Assembly (NCBI RefSeq): GCF_001194135.2 | Contig: NC_068989.1 | Location: 96,557,311 to 96,621,310, forward strand | Length of the DNA stretch: 64,000 bases | Reading direction: 5' to 3' | DNA from: Octopus bimaculoides | Lineage: Eukaryota | Part shown: positions 14,597 to 28,084 of the stretch, piece by piece | Layout: each line of letters starts with the position of its first letter | How positions within the stretch are numbered: the stretch's first letter is position 1 | Notes under the pieces: generated by a model | The model's database searches: none | What the model was told of the DNA's origin: nothing | What the model saw: the letters and a program-made list of their open reading frames with translations, nothing else | Position numbers and translations under genes: made by a program

Positions 14597-15504
14597 TCTC
14601 TTTCTTTCTCACCTTCTCTCAATTCATCAGGGCTAGCTTTACTTTTCACCTTTTCAATAGGTATAAATAAGGTACCCGTTTATAAGTGTGAACAGGTGGG
14701 ATTGTTGCAGTGTCAGACATGTTGCTTTGCAGTATCTTATCCGACTCTTTACATTCTGATAAAAACCATCGATGCTAACACTGATATTGAGCTGTTTTGG
14801 TCTGTGTCTTTCATTTGGACAACATCAGTGTTAGGAAGAGAGGAAAGAGAGAGTTGCATGCACAGACAAGTCCTGGTTTTATGTAAGAAAAAGCATAGTA
14901 ACCCAGCCCAGTTGTTTAGCCTTGGAGAGCAAATTTAAGTGGGTAGAGACCTTTGGTGCATTGAGACATATGGAGGCCCCATAGACAAACAATGAGATTG
15001 ACCTCGGTACTTATATTTTTAAGTTTGGCACTTTATCGGTTTTTATCACCAAATTGCTAAGTTATGGGGATTAAACAAACCACATTAGTTTGTGAGTTGA
15101 CCACAAGCACACACACACACACACAGAGACATACACAGGTGATGGATTTCTGCACAGTTTCCATCAACCAAATTTACTTGATGCATTCATCCATCTGGGG
15201 CTATAGTAGAAGAAAGATATTTTCCATGCTGTGGGACTGAACCTGAAGTCATGTGGATAGGAATCAAACTACTCAACCGCACAGCCATATCTGCACAGAC
15301 ATTGATGTTGACAGTCTGTGTGTCTTGGATCCACTCACAGTTACAACCAAGTGTGTGTGTGTGTGTGTGTATGTGTGATCATGAAAATATTCCTGCTTGC
15401 TGTCTGAGAATTGGTATCTCCTCGTAACAGCATCACATAATCTCCTGGCATTAGTTATGCTTCAGTAGCAACCATATTACAGAGATCTTGGATTTACCAG
15501 CCTC

Positions 15505-15890
15505 AAAGATGTCATGCCAAAGGGAGATTTCTCCATCTACCAATAAATACACAAGGCAAGAAACAAAGGAAGCCACTTGATTCAGAGGCTAAAACAAAAA
15601 TGCTTGACCAACACAAAGAACAGAAAAAAACCCCCAAAAGTAAGCGCTCTCCTGAGATGCAAAGGAAGAAGAGTCCTTTATTCTCAAGAATAATGGAGAT
15701 TGTTGAATGAGATAACTGCAGATCATGTACGATAGCATTTACTTTTCTTAAGGAGAAAGGATGCCTTTCTTGGATGCTGTTCAGCCACCATGCAGTCAAC
15801 AGCAATAACAAAGAAACAAGAAAGACTTCTCCACAAAATGGAGAAACTGTTAATGCTCTGCATGGAAAACCGGATAACACATGCACACAC
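15505..15890 (+). mobile_element. Tigger/pogo transposase N-terminal remnant (CENP-B-type HTH)
   Basis: Frameshifted KQRKPLDSEAKTKMLDQHKEQKK..SRIMEI..MQSTAITKK..KMEKLLMLCMEN. Confidence 0.7.
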
Positions 15891-18800
15891 GCCCCCCCCC
15901 NNNNNNNNNNCCAATACCTGTAAACCTGTTAACAATTGAAGCTCAAAGTATTTTCAAGACTTTGAAGGAATGAAAAGAAGATGGCTACAGGGAAAAAATA
16001 TTCAAGAGGAATACTACAAATAATGAATTTATTTGATTGCCTCCCAAAATGATTCCTTCTTCAGATTAAAGACGAATAAATGGAAAATGTTGCTAACTTC
16101 ATGTCTTTTATGTTTCAGTCACTGGACTGTGGTCATACTGGAGCACTGGCTTGCAGAATTATTTCAAACAAATCAACTAAAATACTAATTTTTTTAAATC
16201 TGATACTTATTCTATTAGTCTCTTTTGCTGAACTGCTATTGTTATAGGAACATAAACAGACCAACACTTGTTGTCAAGCAGTTGTGACAGGAGTAATAAT
16301 CTATTGAAAACCAGTACAAAGTACAGTACTTACTTTTTCATGCATATATTTCCTCTCTTCCCATCACACAGGAAAAGTGAAATATGAATAGGTCTTCAAA
16401 GTACATTCCTGTTGATTGGCAACCAGTTTAATAAGTTGGTAAGTCTTATATACATATTAGAAAAGGGCTAAATACGGAATAATGTGGTTCAAGACACCCC
16501 TAAAAAATAAAAAAGAGACAGGATGACTGCTCCTGGCTGGAACATCAATAACAACAACAGTAAAAAGCTAACTTAAACAAGACCCTGAGCTGGCTGTTTA
16601 AGTAAATACTTGAAATGTTCTGTTAGTAAGAAAATATCTTTTGAAATTGTACCATTCTGTTTAAATTAGGAAAAACATATTAGATGTCCCAGATATACAT
16701 GTCAGGGGGAAAAAAAACCCAGATTGGACAGGATAGTCATGGCTGGAATGCCATTTGTTATTGATTTGCTTGATCATAGCTGATTAGAAGGTTAATTAGC
16801 CATAAGAATAGTCAATGAGAAAGAAATAACAAAATGCAAAATTTTATATTTTCCTGGAAGAAAATTTTTTGAAATAAAGTTTGTCACATCAAGAAAATGT
16901 AATCAACTAAAATAACCTCTGTAGGAAGTAGGAAAGAAAAATAATTAGCTCAACGACAAAGTTTTGTTAAGAGAGGCAGGGGAGACAAACCTCAGAATTT
17001 AAATTAATTAATTTTAATTAAAAGTAGAATATAGTGGAGAGTGAGTTTGATTGTAATAAATATCTTTATGTAATTTTTGCTTGTTTTGTTAAGATTTTTT
17101 TCCTTCCCTGCAGACTTTTTCAGCAATTTCAAAAATGATTCAAAAATGTTTGACATTCTAAACAATTTCTTAATTTTTGAAATTCTTTCTAAACTGGAAA
17201 AATTTTGATTTTTTTTTTTTTTTGTTTCAAGAATTTGCACTTATTTATTTATTTATTTTGTCATTGGCATAGCAGCATGTATTTATAAGATTTCTTTCGA
17301 GATTCCATTAACTGGTGTTTTGGTGTGGGAAAATATATACCAAAATAGTAATGACAGTGTTATTAATGATGATGATGATGATGAATAACTTATTTCACTT
17401 TGTATTGTTCAACATTCTAACCATTTTCTTTTGAGAAATCATTTCAAAGAAAGCAACTAGAATGAAATTCTTTGAAAAACCCCCCAAAAAAAAGAAGAAA
17501 TTCTTTTTCAAGAATATTGTTTACTTTAATATTTGTGTCTTTGTGAAATAGATTTTGGCTGGATTATGTTCTTCATTATTTTTATATTAATGGCGATGGG
17601 GAAGGATGGTGTTCTAGTGTCTTTTGTTTATTTTAACTCATAAAATTATGTGTAATTAAAATTACTTCATCAGTAAATGAAGGATTTAAAAATATTCTTC
17701 CTTCCCTTCCATCCCCATCCACTCTTATACTCCAATATAAATATCTTTAATAGGTAATTCCAGCCTGAAGAATTCAATATGTTATATAATAATAATAATA
17801 ATAATTTTAGTCAGTTGTCTGTTTGCTCAACAATATGAAAAATATGTTTGGGAAATTATTGGCAGATACATTTGTTTGCTTCCTGGAAAACTGAAAATTG
17901 AGAATAATTTTTTAGCCTGAAGAGAAGGTGATGAAGGATGAGTGTGGGGGGGAAGAGGTGGTGGTGGGGGAAGAGGTGGTGGTGGGGTGGAAGATGTGGT
18001 GGTGGTGGGGAAGAATCTAGTAAAGGATTATTCCTGTTGAAATTAAGTAATGAGATTATTAACTGAAAATATGTAAACTTGTCTTGTTCAATTATCAATG
18101 TCCCTTAAGTGTTGCATTATCTACACAAGTGCAATCTCTTAAATAACTTGAAAACAGCTAAATTGAATTGAGAAGAAATAATTAAATTAAAAACAGAATA
18201 CATTGATAATACTTGTTCTTTTCTGAAGAATTATATTTGACAGAAGGAATTACACAATGTTGTTGTTTTTAACAATGCTGTTCAAATATTTGCTTTTAAA
18301 TTTCTCATTTTTATATTAAAAAAAAATATAACACCACTCCTAATGAAAATTGTTTTTCTTTTCTTTTTATCGTGTTTTAAATTTTTAAATTTAAAAATCA
18401 AACAAAATGTATTAAGAGGGTAAAAAGAAGTCACTTCATACAAAATTTTAATATGAAACAAATTCACAAACTGCAATAAAAACAAAAAAAAAATCATCAT
18501 ACTTCAAATAAACTTGCAGACATAAGTCCATTAAAGGCATCATTATGAAAACATATTCAAAATTTGGTTATTAATAACGAAATAGTAGAAGCCGATTGAC
18601 AAGATGAGATATTTCAAATACTTTCTTATAATGAACTGCTGTCGAATGTAAATAAAGGAAACGTTAACAGAGGAGATAATGACTGCGAACGTTCTGCAAT
18701 TAGCAACATTTGATAATGATTTACTTATCAACACTGACTGGTAAAGAGAAAAAAGAAGGATTATCTCCCCTCGCCTTTCAACTCCATCCAAGCTTGTTCC

Positions 18801-18986
18801 ATGCATTAAATACCTGCCAGTTGTTACATGGGGATTCGAAAGGATTGTTAGTACATTACTTAGACTGTATTGCAGTAGGCATTCTGGCATTCTGTGCTCT
18901 GAGTTCAAATCTCATCAACGTCAATTTTGCTTTTTCATTCTTTCAATGTATGTCAGGTACTGAAAGGAATTCATCATTATATTTTG

Positions 18987-19046
<60 letters not shown>

Positions 19047-19939
19047 CTCTTTTTCCTTGAAACATTTCCACTGTGGTTTGACATAGAGAGAGGTTGGCTA
19101 CATCCTGTTCGAAATACCCAGATATGTGTGTGAGGAAGGCCTCCTTATGATTCCGACAACATGACTGAAGGCAGGGAACGGGCATGAATCGAGCACTCCT
19201 CAGCAGCAGACATGTCCAGCACTCAGGAAGTCCATCAAATGAAAATGCTACCTGATGCGTCTACTGAAAATCGGAGCATTGGTCCAACCCATGCTAGCAT
19301 GGAAAGTGGATGTTAAATGAGGATGATGATGATGATGATGGTCTTGTCCAATTGTTCCTGTCTATTTATTTGTACAAAAGCTAATAAGGAACCAATGAAA
19401 GATCATGTATGTGGTGGTTAGGTCTGTTAGATGTAGCAGCCACATTTGCCTCATATCTTAAAACAAGGACATGTGAACTTACATGGTTATATGGTCATTG
19501 CAAATAGGAAAAAGACAGGATGGTCACAGCTGGAATGCTTTTGATCTCAGGCCTGCACAGTCAGGGTTGACCAAGGGCTAAACAGCAAATTTGTTCACAA
19601 GGGATTTATATAGTCATTTGACCTGCTTGAAATAGCAGTCAAATATGCCTCAAATCCCATTCCTCAATCTTGAAACAAAAAGGGACGCAGTAAATAATGT
19701 GATCCTTGAAAGATGAGATGGATTTCACAACTGGAATACCATTTGATCAGTTCTGCTGCATCTGAGCTAATCATCATCAACAACAGCTCAGTGAAACAAA
19801 TCTTTCTCAGTAAAACTGTGGTTGTTCAATAGGATTGAGTATTGGACATGGTTTAAATCTTGAAATACTACAACAAACATTCCTATCATATGATTAAATC
19901 ATTAAATTTAAGCTCTCGAATGCTGTGCCTACAAATATC

Positions 19940-20002
19940 CCTACCAGATGTTTTAAGTCCTACCAGATGGTTTAAGTCCTACCAGATGGTTTAAGTCCTA
20001 CA
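19940..20002. repeat. 19-bp minisatellite x3 (CCTACCAGATGGTTTAAGT)
   Basis: Direct inspection. Confidence 0.9.
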
Positions 20003-20873
20003 TTTAAGTCTTAAATTACTAAGGTTACAAGCCCTATATTAAAGATCGGATGGTTACTTCTAGGTCCATCACTGATGACATGTGGAGAAGTAAAATCTTC
20101 TGTAACATTTGGGTTAATTACCTGTCCTATTGAGCGCCCATAATTTTTTCCCTAAGCAAACCTGACGGGAGTATTTCAATAATGCCAACAACAACAACAA
20201 CGCCTCCAGCAATAAAAACAATAATTGTGAAGTAAAGTTTAAACTTCATTATTTTCTTATTGATCTACATTTATTGATTTCTCTCACCTTCTCTTTCCTT
20301 TCTTTTCACTTACTATCCCATTCTCAAGGCTTCTCTCACACAATATTCTACTCTCTTTTTTCTCTTATTCTCTCTTTCTCTCTCTCTTCCTCCCCCTCTC
20401 TTGTATTGATTCAGTCTTTCACTACTGCTATGTATAGATAAGATTCTGTTTAATGTACAAGTATGTTATAGCGAATTGAATTATATTCTTCCCTTTGTGC
20501 CATCCCTCTGATGCAAGAACACGAATAAAATATGGCAGATATAAGCTATGTTTCAAAACAAACCCTTGCTCTTCTCCATTCGTTTTACTCTTCTTTTATC
20601 TCTCTCTCTCTTTCACACACACACACACACACACACATGCACATGCACACACAGATATGTTTATATGGGAGGCAGAGTGTTACTTTTATTTCCCATCCTA
20701 TTTCTCCATTTGTTAAAATTTAACAACTCTTATATTACCCCCTCTCACCCTCTTCTGTTGTTCTCCCCCCTTAGCTTCCCCTCTCTCTCTCTCTCTCTCT
20801 CTCTCCTTCTGTCCTCTCTTATCATTTTACATAAGCACACATACACATTCATACATCCACTCACATGCACATC

Positions 20874-20947
<74 letters not shown>

Positions 20948-21231
20948 GTATGTGTGTGCATGTAAATGTGAATACATATGTATATACGTATGTATGTGTA
21001 CATATCTGATTTATTAAAGATTGGCTTATAGAGTTACAATTCCACTCCAGTGCTCATGGTTTTTCAAAGCCAATAAGTAAATCAGTTCGGAGGGTGAATA
21101 TATAATTTTAAAGACCGTTGAAACGGAATTATAACTCTGCAGGCCAGTCTTTAATAAACAAAAATATTTAACTCTTTTTTTCTGAAGTATTGCTTACTTT
21201 ATTAGAATTTGGAAAAGACTTGCTTAAAATG

Positions 21232-21296
<65 letters not shown>

Positions 21297-21735
21297 TTAT
21301 TTATATATATATGTATATACACACACACACATACACACATGAAAACCTTCATATATATATGTATACAAGCTATTTAAAAGATGCATAATTTATGTATAGG
21401 TGCATATCATCATCATCATCATGATCATCATTTTAATGTCTACTTTTCCTCATTTGGATCAGATAAAAGTATTTGGTGGTAGAGTTGTGTGTAGCAATCT
21501 CCCAGTCTTCTATACAACAAACAGCTCAGACATGTTTCCATGGAAAACTGGAATTAAATGATACTGTCTGATCAAGCCTTTTGCTTACAAACATTATGTG
21601 GCATATCAAGACATCTCGTGAAGCCCGGATCTGCTTCTGAGGTGGGCAGCAAACGTATGTGGCACCTTTAGTGAAAGCATTGTTTATAACCAGTGAATGA
21701 ACACACACATGTGGACGAGGAAAATAGAGACTCAT

Positions 21736-21787
<52 letters not shown>

Positions 21788-22084
21788 ACATTATTAGTAT
21801 TGTTGTTGTTGTTGTTATGGTGGTGAATTGACTGAAATATGAGCAAATCAGGCCAAATGCTTAGAAGCATTTCTTCTGACTTTACATTCCAAATTCTGAT
21901 TACCACGGAGCTGACTTTGCCTTTCATCCTTTTGGGGTCAGTAAAATAGGTACCAGTTGAGTACTGGGGTTGATTTAATGGACTGACTCCCTTCACCAAA
22001 ATTGTTGGCATTTGTGCCAACAATTTGAAATCATTTTTATCTTCATCATCATTATCATTATGGCGGCAAGTTGGCAGAAACATT

Positions 22085-22428
22085 AGCACATTAGCAATCC
22101 TTTTGTCTGTCCTTGTTTGTCCCCTCTGTGTGTAGCCCCTTGTGGGCAGTGAAGAAATAAGAAACGTCAGCACATTAGCAACCCCTTTGTCTATCCTTGT
22201 TTGTCCCCTCTGTGTGTAGCCCCTTGTGGGCAGTGAAGACATAAGAAACGTCAGCACATTAGCAATCCCTTTGTCTGTCCTTGTTTGTCCACTCTGTGTG
22301 TAGCCCCTTGTGGGCAGTGAAGACATAAGAAACGTCAGCACATTAGCAATCCCTTTGTCTGTCCTTGTTTGTCCCCTCTGTGTGTAGCCCCTTGTGGGCA
22401 GTGAAGAAATAAGAAACGTCAGCACATT
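22085..22428 (+). repeat. 84-bp tandem repeat, 4 full units plus 8 nt, inside a SINE head
   Basis: AGCACATT starts at 22085, 22169, 22253, 22337 and 22421; units differ at only a few positions. Confidence 0.95.
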
Positions 22429-22789
22429 GGACAAAATGCTTAGCAGCATTTCATTCATCTTTATGTTCTGAGTTTAAATTCCACCAAGGTAGACTTTGCC
22501 TTTCATCCTTTCAGGGTCAATAAATTAAGTACCAGTGAAACACTGGGGTCAATGTAATTGATTAAACACCCTCCCCCTTGTGCCTTTAGTAGAAGTGATT
22601 ATTATTATTATTATTATTATTAATATTTATTTTTAAATCTGCATATTTGTTACAATCACTTACTGAGATACACCCAGCATCCTAGGGCGAGTGAAGGATA
22701 AGAGATGTTACAGTATAACTGAAAGTTTGGGGAGGGAAGTGGCAGGGGCAGTAGCGAAATATCTTCATATAATACAACACAGATATTTA

Positions 22790-24110
22790 AATGGATAAGG
22801 TTTTTCTAAGGATGTGGTCAGTACTTGTCAGCACAATCTTTTGGATTTCTGTGAGACATGGTTCTCCTGGGATATTATCTAGATGTTTCTGACATCCTTC
22901 TCTTATCATACAAGGGGCACCCGCAATAACAGGAACAGTTCTGACTTTAATTGCCACATTAATCTACAAGTATTTTTCTTTCTTATCTTTAATGGTGATG
23001 TCTGGTCAAGTAGCCTGGATTGTTCTGTCATTGTTGACTTGAAAATCCCAGAAGATAGGGACATTTTTACCTTCAAGCATTTTAACCTTCAACGACTGTT
23101 CATAACAGTAAGCAGGAGTGCTGATTTTGCTGTGTTTACATATTTTCCAATGTAGATACTGTCCTACCCTATCATGGTGATGTTTGTATTTGTTTGGTGT
23201 CAGCACAGGACATCCCAAGATGAGATAGTCTATAGTTTCATCAAATTTATCACAGAATCTGAATTTAGGGTCAGAACTGTTTTGAAGAATGTTAGCCTGG
23301 TGGTTTTTGGTAAGCAAGCTTTGATCTTGTGCCGCTAATATGAAACCTTCAGCCTCTGCTTTCAGTCCTGAGCTGCTCAGCTACCGATGGGTTGTTGCTT
23401 GGTCTACATCATCATTTTGGCTTTGAAGTATATACTGTCCATGAAGAGGCTTCTGGCTCCACCACTCCTCAGTTTGTTTCTGTCCATTCCTTTTTGCAGT
23501 CTGTTTGATCTATTTTGCTTGTTTGGTGGCAGTGGTTTCAAGTTCTTCATCTAATCCAGGTTTAATGCCGAGTTCCCTTGCGAATTTCCAAGCTTCCTTG
23601 ACAATGGAATGTGATCTTTTGCTGCTTTTATGTTTGCACACAAGCTGCAACATCCACTCCTCTCTACTAGATAAGTACCTGTTCATTGCTCTTGTGGAGG
23701 TCTTCGAGCACAGTTCTGCCTGCATCATTCCTCTCCCCACATTATGTCTAGGCAGGTACAGATGATCAACATCTGCTTCTGGGTGATACATGTTCTTAGA
23801 TGTTAGTAGTTTTCTTATCTTCCTGCCCAGGCATTGGAGTTCCGTAAAATTCCAGTTAATGATGTTAAAACTATATTGGACTACCGGAAGTGCCAGAGTG
23901 TTAATGGCTTCATTGCGAGTTTTGGAGTTGAGTTCAGTTTTTAGTGCGAGTCTTATTCTCCTGTAATATTCCTTTCTTATTTTTTCCTTCATGATAGCCT
24001 GTTGTATACCATCTCTTTCATTTATCCCCAGATATTTATAGCTTTCTTGTGAATCAAGCTCCTTGATGGTAGTGTCACACCTCATCTGATTGGTTGTCTT
24101 TCCTCACTAC
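22790..24110 (-). mobile_element. R4/Dong-clade non-LTR retrotransposon 3' portion (RT end, zinc knuckle, REL endonuclease)
   Basis: YKYLGI..AINTLALPVVQYSF..LYLPR..GRG; CRFC-like ETIDYLILGC..HDRVGQYLHWKIC; FWDFQV..DRTI; ends QKIVLTSTDHILRKTLSI*. Confidence 0.85.
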
Positions 24111-24688
24111 TTTAACCGATATCTTTAGGCAAGCTATGACATTGAGTCACCTACAGAGGAGAATCTGAGTAGAATCTGAGTCACCTACAGAGGAGAATCT
24201 GAGTAGTAAGAGTCTGACTCAACCACTATGAAATATATTAGTAATCTTTGCTATGGCATTGAATACTCTTTTTCTGCCAGTTAACACTAAACAACTATCT
24301 ATCTACCTATCTATCAATCTACCTATCTATCTATCTATCTATCTACCTGCATGCACGCACACACACACACACACACACACTCACAAATCTAATTGCGTGC
24401 ATATTTTGTTCTGTAATGAAATATTAAATTTTCGTTTCTAACCAATATTCTGAAATATACCGGTAATATTGATTCAGCTTTCTTTATTACTCTTTCGCAG
24501 ACATGATAGATGGCAAATTATCACTGGAAACTCCCTCAAGTCTTGTACAACAAAAGGAAATAAATAAACATATTCATAACTGTAAATCAGAAAGTGAATT
24601 GCAAAATATTTCTTTAAATGACACCAAATAAAAAAAAAATATTTGTCACAGATATTACATTAAATTCAAATACATACATATCTTCATA

Positions 24689-24745
<57 letters not shown>

Positions 24746-24879
24746 GTATGTATGTATGAATGTATGCATTCATTCCTGCATGTAGGCAGACACAAGCATG
24801 ACTGTGTGGTGAACAAATTCACTACACAGCCACATGGTTTCAGTGACCTCCACGAGGCAGTTTGCTGAGTGACATCACT

Positions 24880-25490
24880 GTGTCTACTTCACAAGTTGTG
24901 AAATTTGTGTTGTTTGGATCATGTGTGTGCTGTGGTCAGCGATTTTGTCATGGACAGGGACAAAGAGCGAACATTAAACTCGGGAAGTCTGCTTCAGAGA
25001 CATTGAACATGCTTACAATGATGAAGCAATGGGTCGTACATGGTGCTCCAAGTGGTATGAGCACTTCAAAAGCAGAAGAACTTCCCTAGAAGACCTGCTA
25101 TGTGTGTTACCCCTGGAAATGTGGAGAAAATTCATCATCCTGTGCATGAAGATCGCTGGAATACAATCAATGGCATTGTTGATGTTGTTGGTCTGTCGTC
25201 TGTGCCTGATCAGGCAATCCTAATGTCCGGATTCTTCACTGACAACAATGCACCCTGCCACTGAGCTTGCTTCACTCTTGAGCTTCTCACCAAAAGCAAC
25301 ATGGTATCACTTACACACTCACCCTATTTAGCACCTGTGGACTTCTATCTCTTTCCTTCCCTAGAGGAAAATACAGCTCAAAGGTTGCTGTTTTAACCCC
25401 GTTATTAAGATCAAGGTCCTTCACTCACTTATGGTCCTTGGCTCACTCATAGCAAATGACTTCCAGGCCAGATTCCAAATATGGCAATTA
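24880..25490 (+). mobile_element. Internally deleted mariner of the same family as 2061-3015
   Basis: Nucleotide similarity (AAACTCGGGAAGTCTGCTTCAGAGACATTG, GATGAAGCAATGGGTC) and C-terminal remnants. Confidence 0.75.
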
Positions 25491-26400
25491 AACATAACTG
25501 GTCTGAGAACTTTTTCATGCTACTTTGTATATGCTGTAAAGTCTCAAAGAATGGTAATGCTGTTACTTTCAACTTCTGGTTGAGACTGGTTTTCATATCA
25601 GCTTCTGACATATTCAGCATCGGCTTTTGCAGAAAGTCCAGTGAATGTATTGGCAAAGTCTGTCATGTTTAGGTTTATTTTCAGTTGGAGTGACGGTTAA
25701 GCATCCAGGTAGCATATGGTCAATTGTTTCATCGTGAACATCAGAAACTCTGCACTTGGGGTTTGCTCCATTTTTGAGGATGTTGGCTTTTGTGTGTATT
25801 ACGCTCTGATTCTATACAGCAAGAATGAACCCCTCTGTTTCTGCCTTCAGCTCTCAACTCTGCAGCCACTGATGGGTTTTCGGTTGGTCTACATCAGCTC
25901 CTGGATGTGGAGATAGTATTGGCCATGGAGAGGTTTTTGCTTTCATCCTATACACTTTGGCTGCCTTTGTTGGAATTAGATTAGCATTAGCATTAGATTA
26001 GCATTAGATTAGCATTAGTATCTTCCATATCTGTAATGTGTCTATCTGCTCCGTATTTCTCAGCTTTTTTGTTTATAGAATGGAACTTCTTCTGGGGTTC
26101 ATAGCCTTTCACCAACATCATCATCCAATCACTGGTCTTAAGTATCTTTGCAGACTATTTCTGCTTTATATGAGACTTTTAGTTGGATCATCGCTCTTCT
26201 GCCTCATTTCCCTGGTAGGTAGAGGTAGTTTATGTCCACCTTTAGATAATGCTATTTATTTTTAGTTGGAAGTTTCACAGCTTTTACATCCATTCTTTGT
26301 AGACCAGCAAGGTTCCAGTTGACGGCATTGAAGCAATATTCTACCAATAGTCTATGCAGTTCTTTGTTGTACTCCTTTCAAATCTTTCCCTTCATTTGTG
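25490..26400 (-). mobile_element. R4/Dong-clade fragment (zinc-knuckle region)
   Basis: Frameshifted LHGQY..LKAETEGFILA..NPKCRV..DETIDH..HDRLCQYIHW. Confidence 0.75.
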
Positions 26401-28084
26401 CATGCTGAATACCTTTACCTTGTGAATATCATCTTTTTTTTTTTTTTTTGCTGTTGTTATTGTTAGGGCAGTAAGCTTGAAGAATTGACCATTGAAAAAC
26501 TATTTTGTGCTATTTCTTCAGTCTTTTTACATTCTCATCAGGTTCAATAAAATAAAATGCTAGCACTGGGTCAATGCAACCAACGAACATTCTTCCCCCC
26601 CCCCCCAAATTAGCTGGCCTTCTACCTAAATCAGAAATAATTATTATTGTTGTTGTTGTTGCTGTTACCTTGTACGAGTTATGATGTGCATCAAAATAGA
26701 TTTCAGTTATTAGACATTAATACCAACAGTGTAACATGACATCAAATTTCATTTCCATTTCTTTGCTTAAATTTTTCTTTTGTTGTTTGTAAAGTGTTTT
26801 TTAAATAATAATACCATTTGTCTTTAAGACTTTTTTTTTAATATCTCAGTCTCATTGGTGAGATGCTAAAATAAAGAAAGCTCTTTCTATGATCAATATT
26901 TTTGGATGGTGACCAAGATATTGAAAAGAATGTTCAGTAACTCATGATACTCTAATGTTGCCATCTGTGTCTAGTTGCCTTGTCTGAAAGATCAACTTCC
27001 ATCACCTAACTACTCAAATCAACTGTAAGATTCTTCGCCATCTTCTTCTTATCACCAAAGAGTTTTACTTAAATTGATGATCTATTTTCATACTCACACA
27101 TTTTTCTATGATTGATGAGGTTAGTGCAGCCAGCTCATTGGAGAGAGTATTGGTCACTCAATTACATCTCAAATGAAGCGTGCCTTTTCCACTCTGCTGG
27201 ATTTGTTTCCTATTCAAATGCACTTGCTGGCAACCATATTGAATGCTTGAATGTTGTTTAGTATCATTCTTGTTCTTTTAATGCTGCAAACTTTCTAATA
27301 GAAATATTTCTTGCAGTCTACCAAGTAATTATTTGTTCCACTCCATCTAATATTTCATGCATTTAGTAAGAAAATATTCATTGATTTATTTGCTTTTTTT
27401 CCAATTCATTTCATTTTAATTCAAAGTCATGGATGATATTCTTCAAAAATATTGAAAAATTTGGCAGAGTTTACACTGAAATCTTCCTCTGGATTTCGAT
27501 AATGCAGAATAGGAATTTTGTTCTTAAATTCTCAGAAGAAAGTTGGAAAGAGTTATAGAATATCGATTTCTTTGCTTATTTTCACTCTACTGCTAATGGA
27601 TTTGAAGATAGTAAAATTCTGTCAAAATTTTTTACCATATTAGATGTGAATTAATACAAAAAGAAATGATAATAATGAATCAGCTTCATTTATGTTTTTT
27701 TGTTTTATGTTTGTTGGTATGTTCTCTGTAATAAATATTTATAAATTTAATAGTAGTGTTGTTTACTTGTTTATTCCTTTCTTATAATATATATAATGGG
27801 ATAATTATATAGCAGTATTTATTATTTTTTCCTGGAGAAAAATTAATTGAATTACTTCATTCATATGAAAGAAACTTCTCAAGATATCCATTATCAGTTG
27901 TCACAGGCTGAGCTGTGTGGTTAAAAGTTTGCTTTCCAATCATGTGGTTTTGAGTTCAGTTCCATTACATACCCACACAGCCATGCCTGTCTTGGAGTCT
28001 TTGAAATAAAATTGTCTGTTTTAAAGTGTCCAATATTTAATGGTTATTTTCAGTGTGGAGTCGTTTACCTACAGAGATCATCTG

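Larger units (their letters stand above)
8830..24631 (+). other. Speculative multi-exon gene model: 8830-8903, 12277-12317, (14396-14416), 14661-14882, 24501-24631
   Basis: Splice-signal and phase compatibility only; no recognisable homology. Confidence 0.2.

Noticed and set aside
21526-22458. 310-aa ORF with 28-aa repeats; the array superficially resembles CRISPR
   Set aside because: It is the antisense reading of the 84-bp array plus SINE and microsatellite sequence; units have no variable spacers and the context is eukaryotic.
24145-24210. 34-bp local duplication; also ATTAG(C) repeats at 25975-26020 and G-rich repeats at 17940-18010
   Set aside because: Ordinary slippage-type repeats with no further structure.
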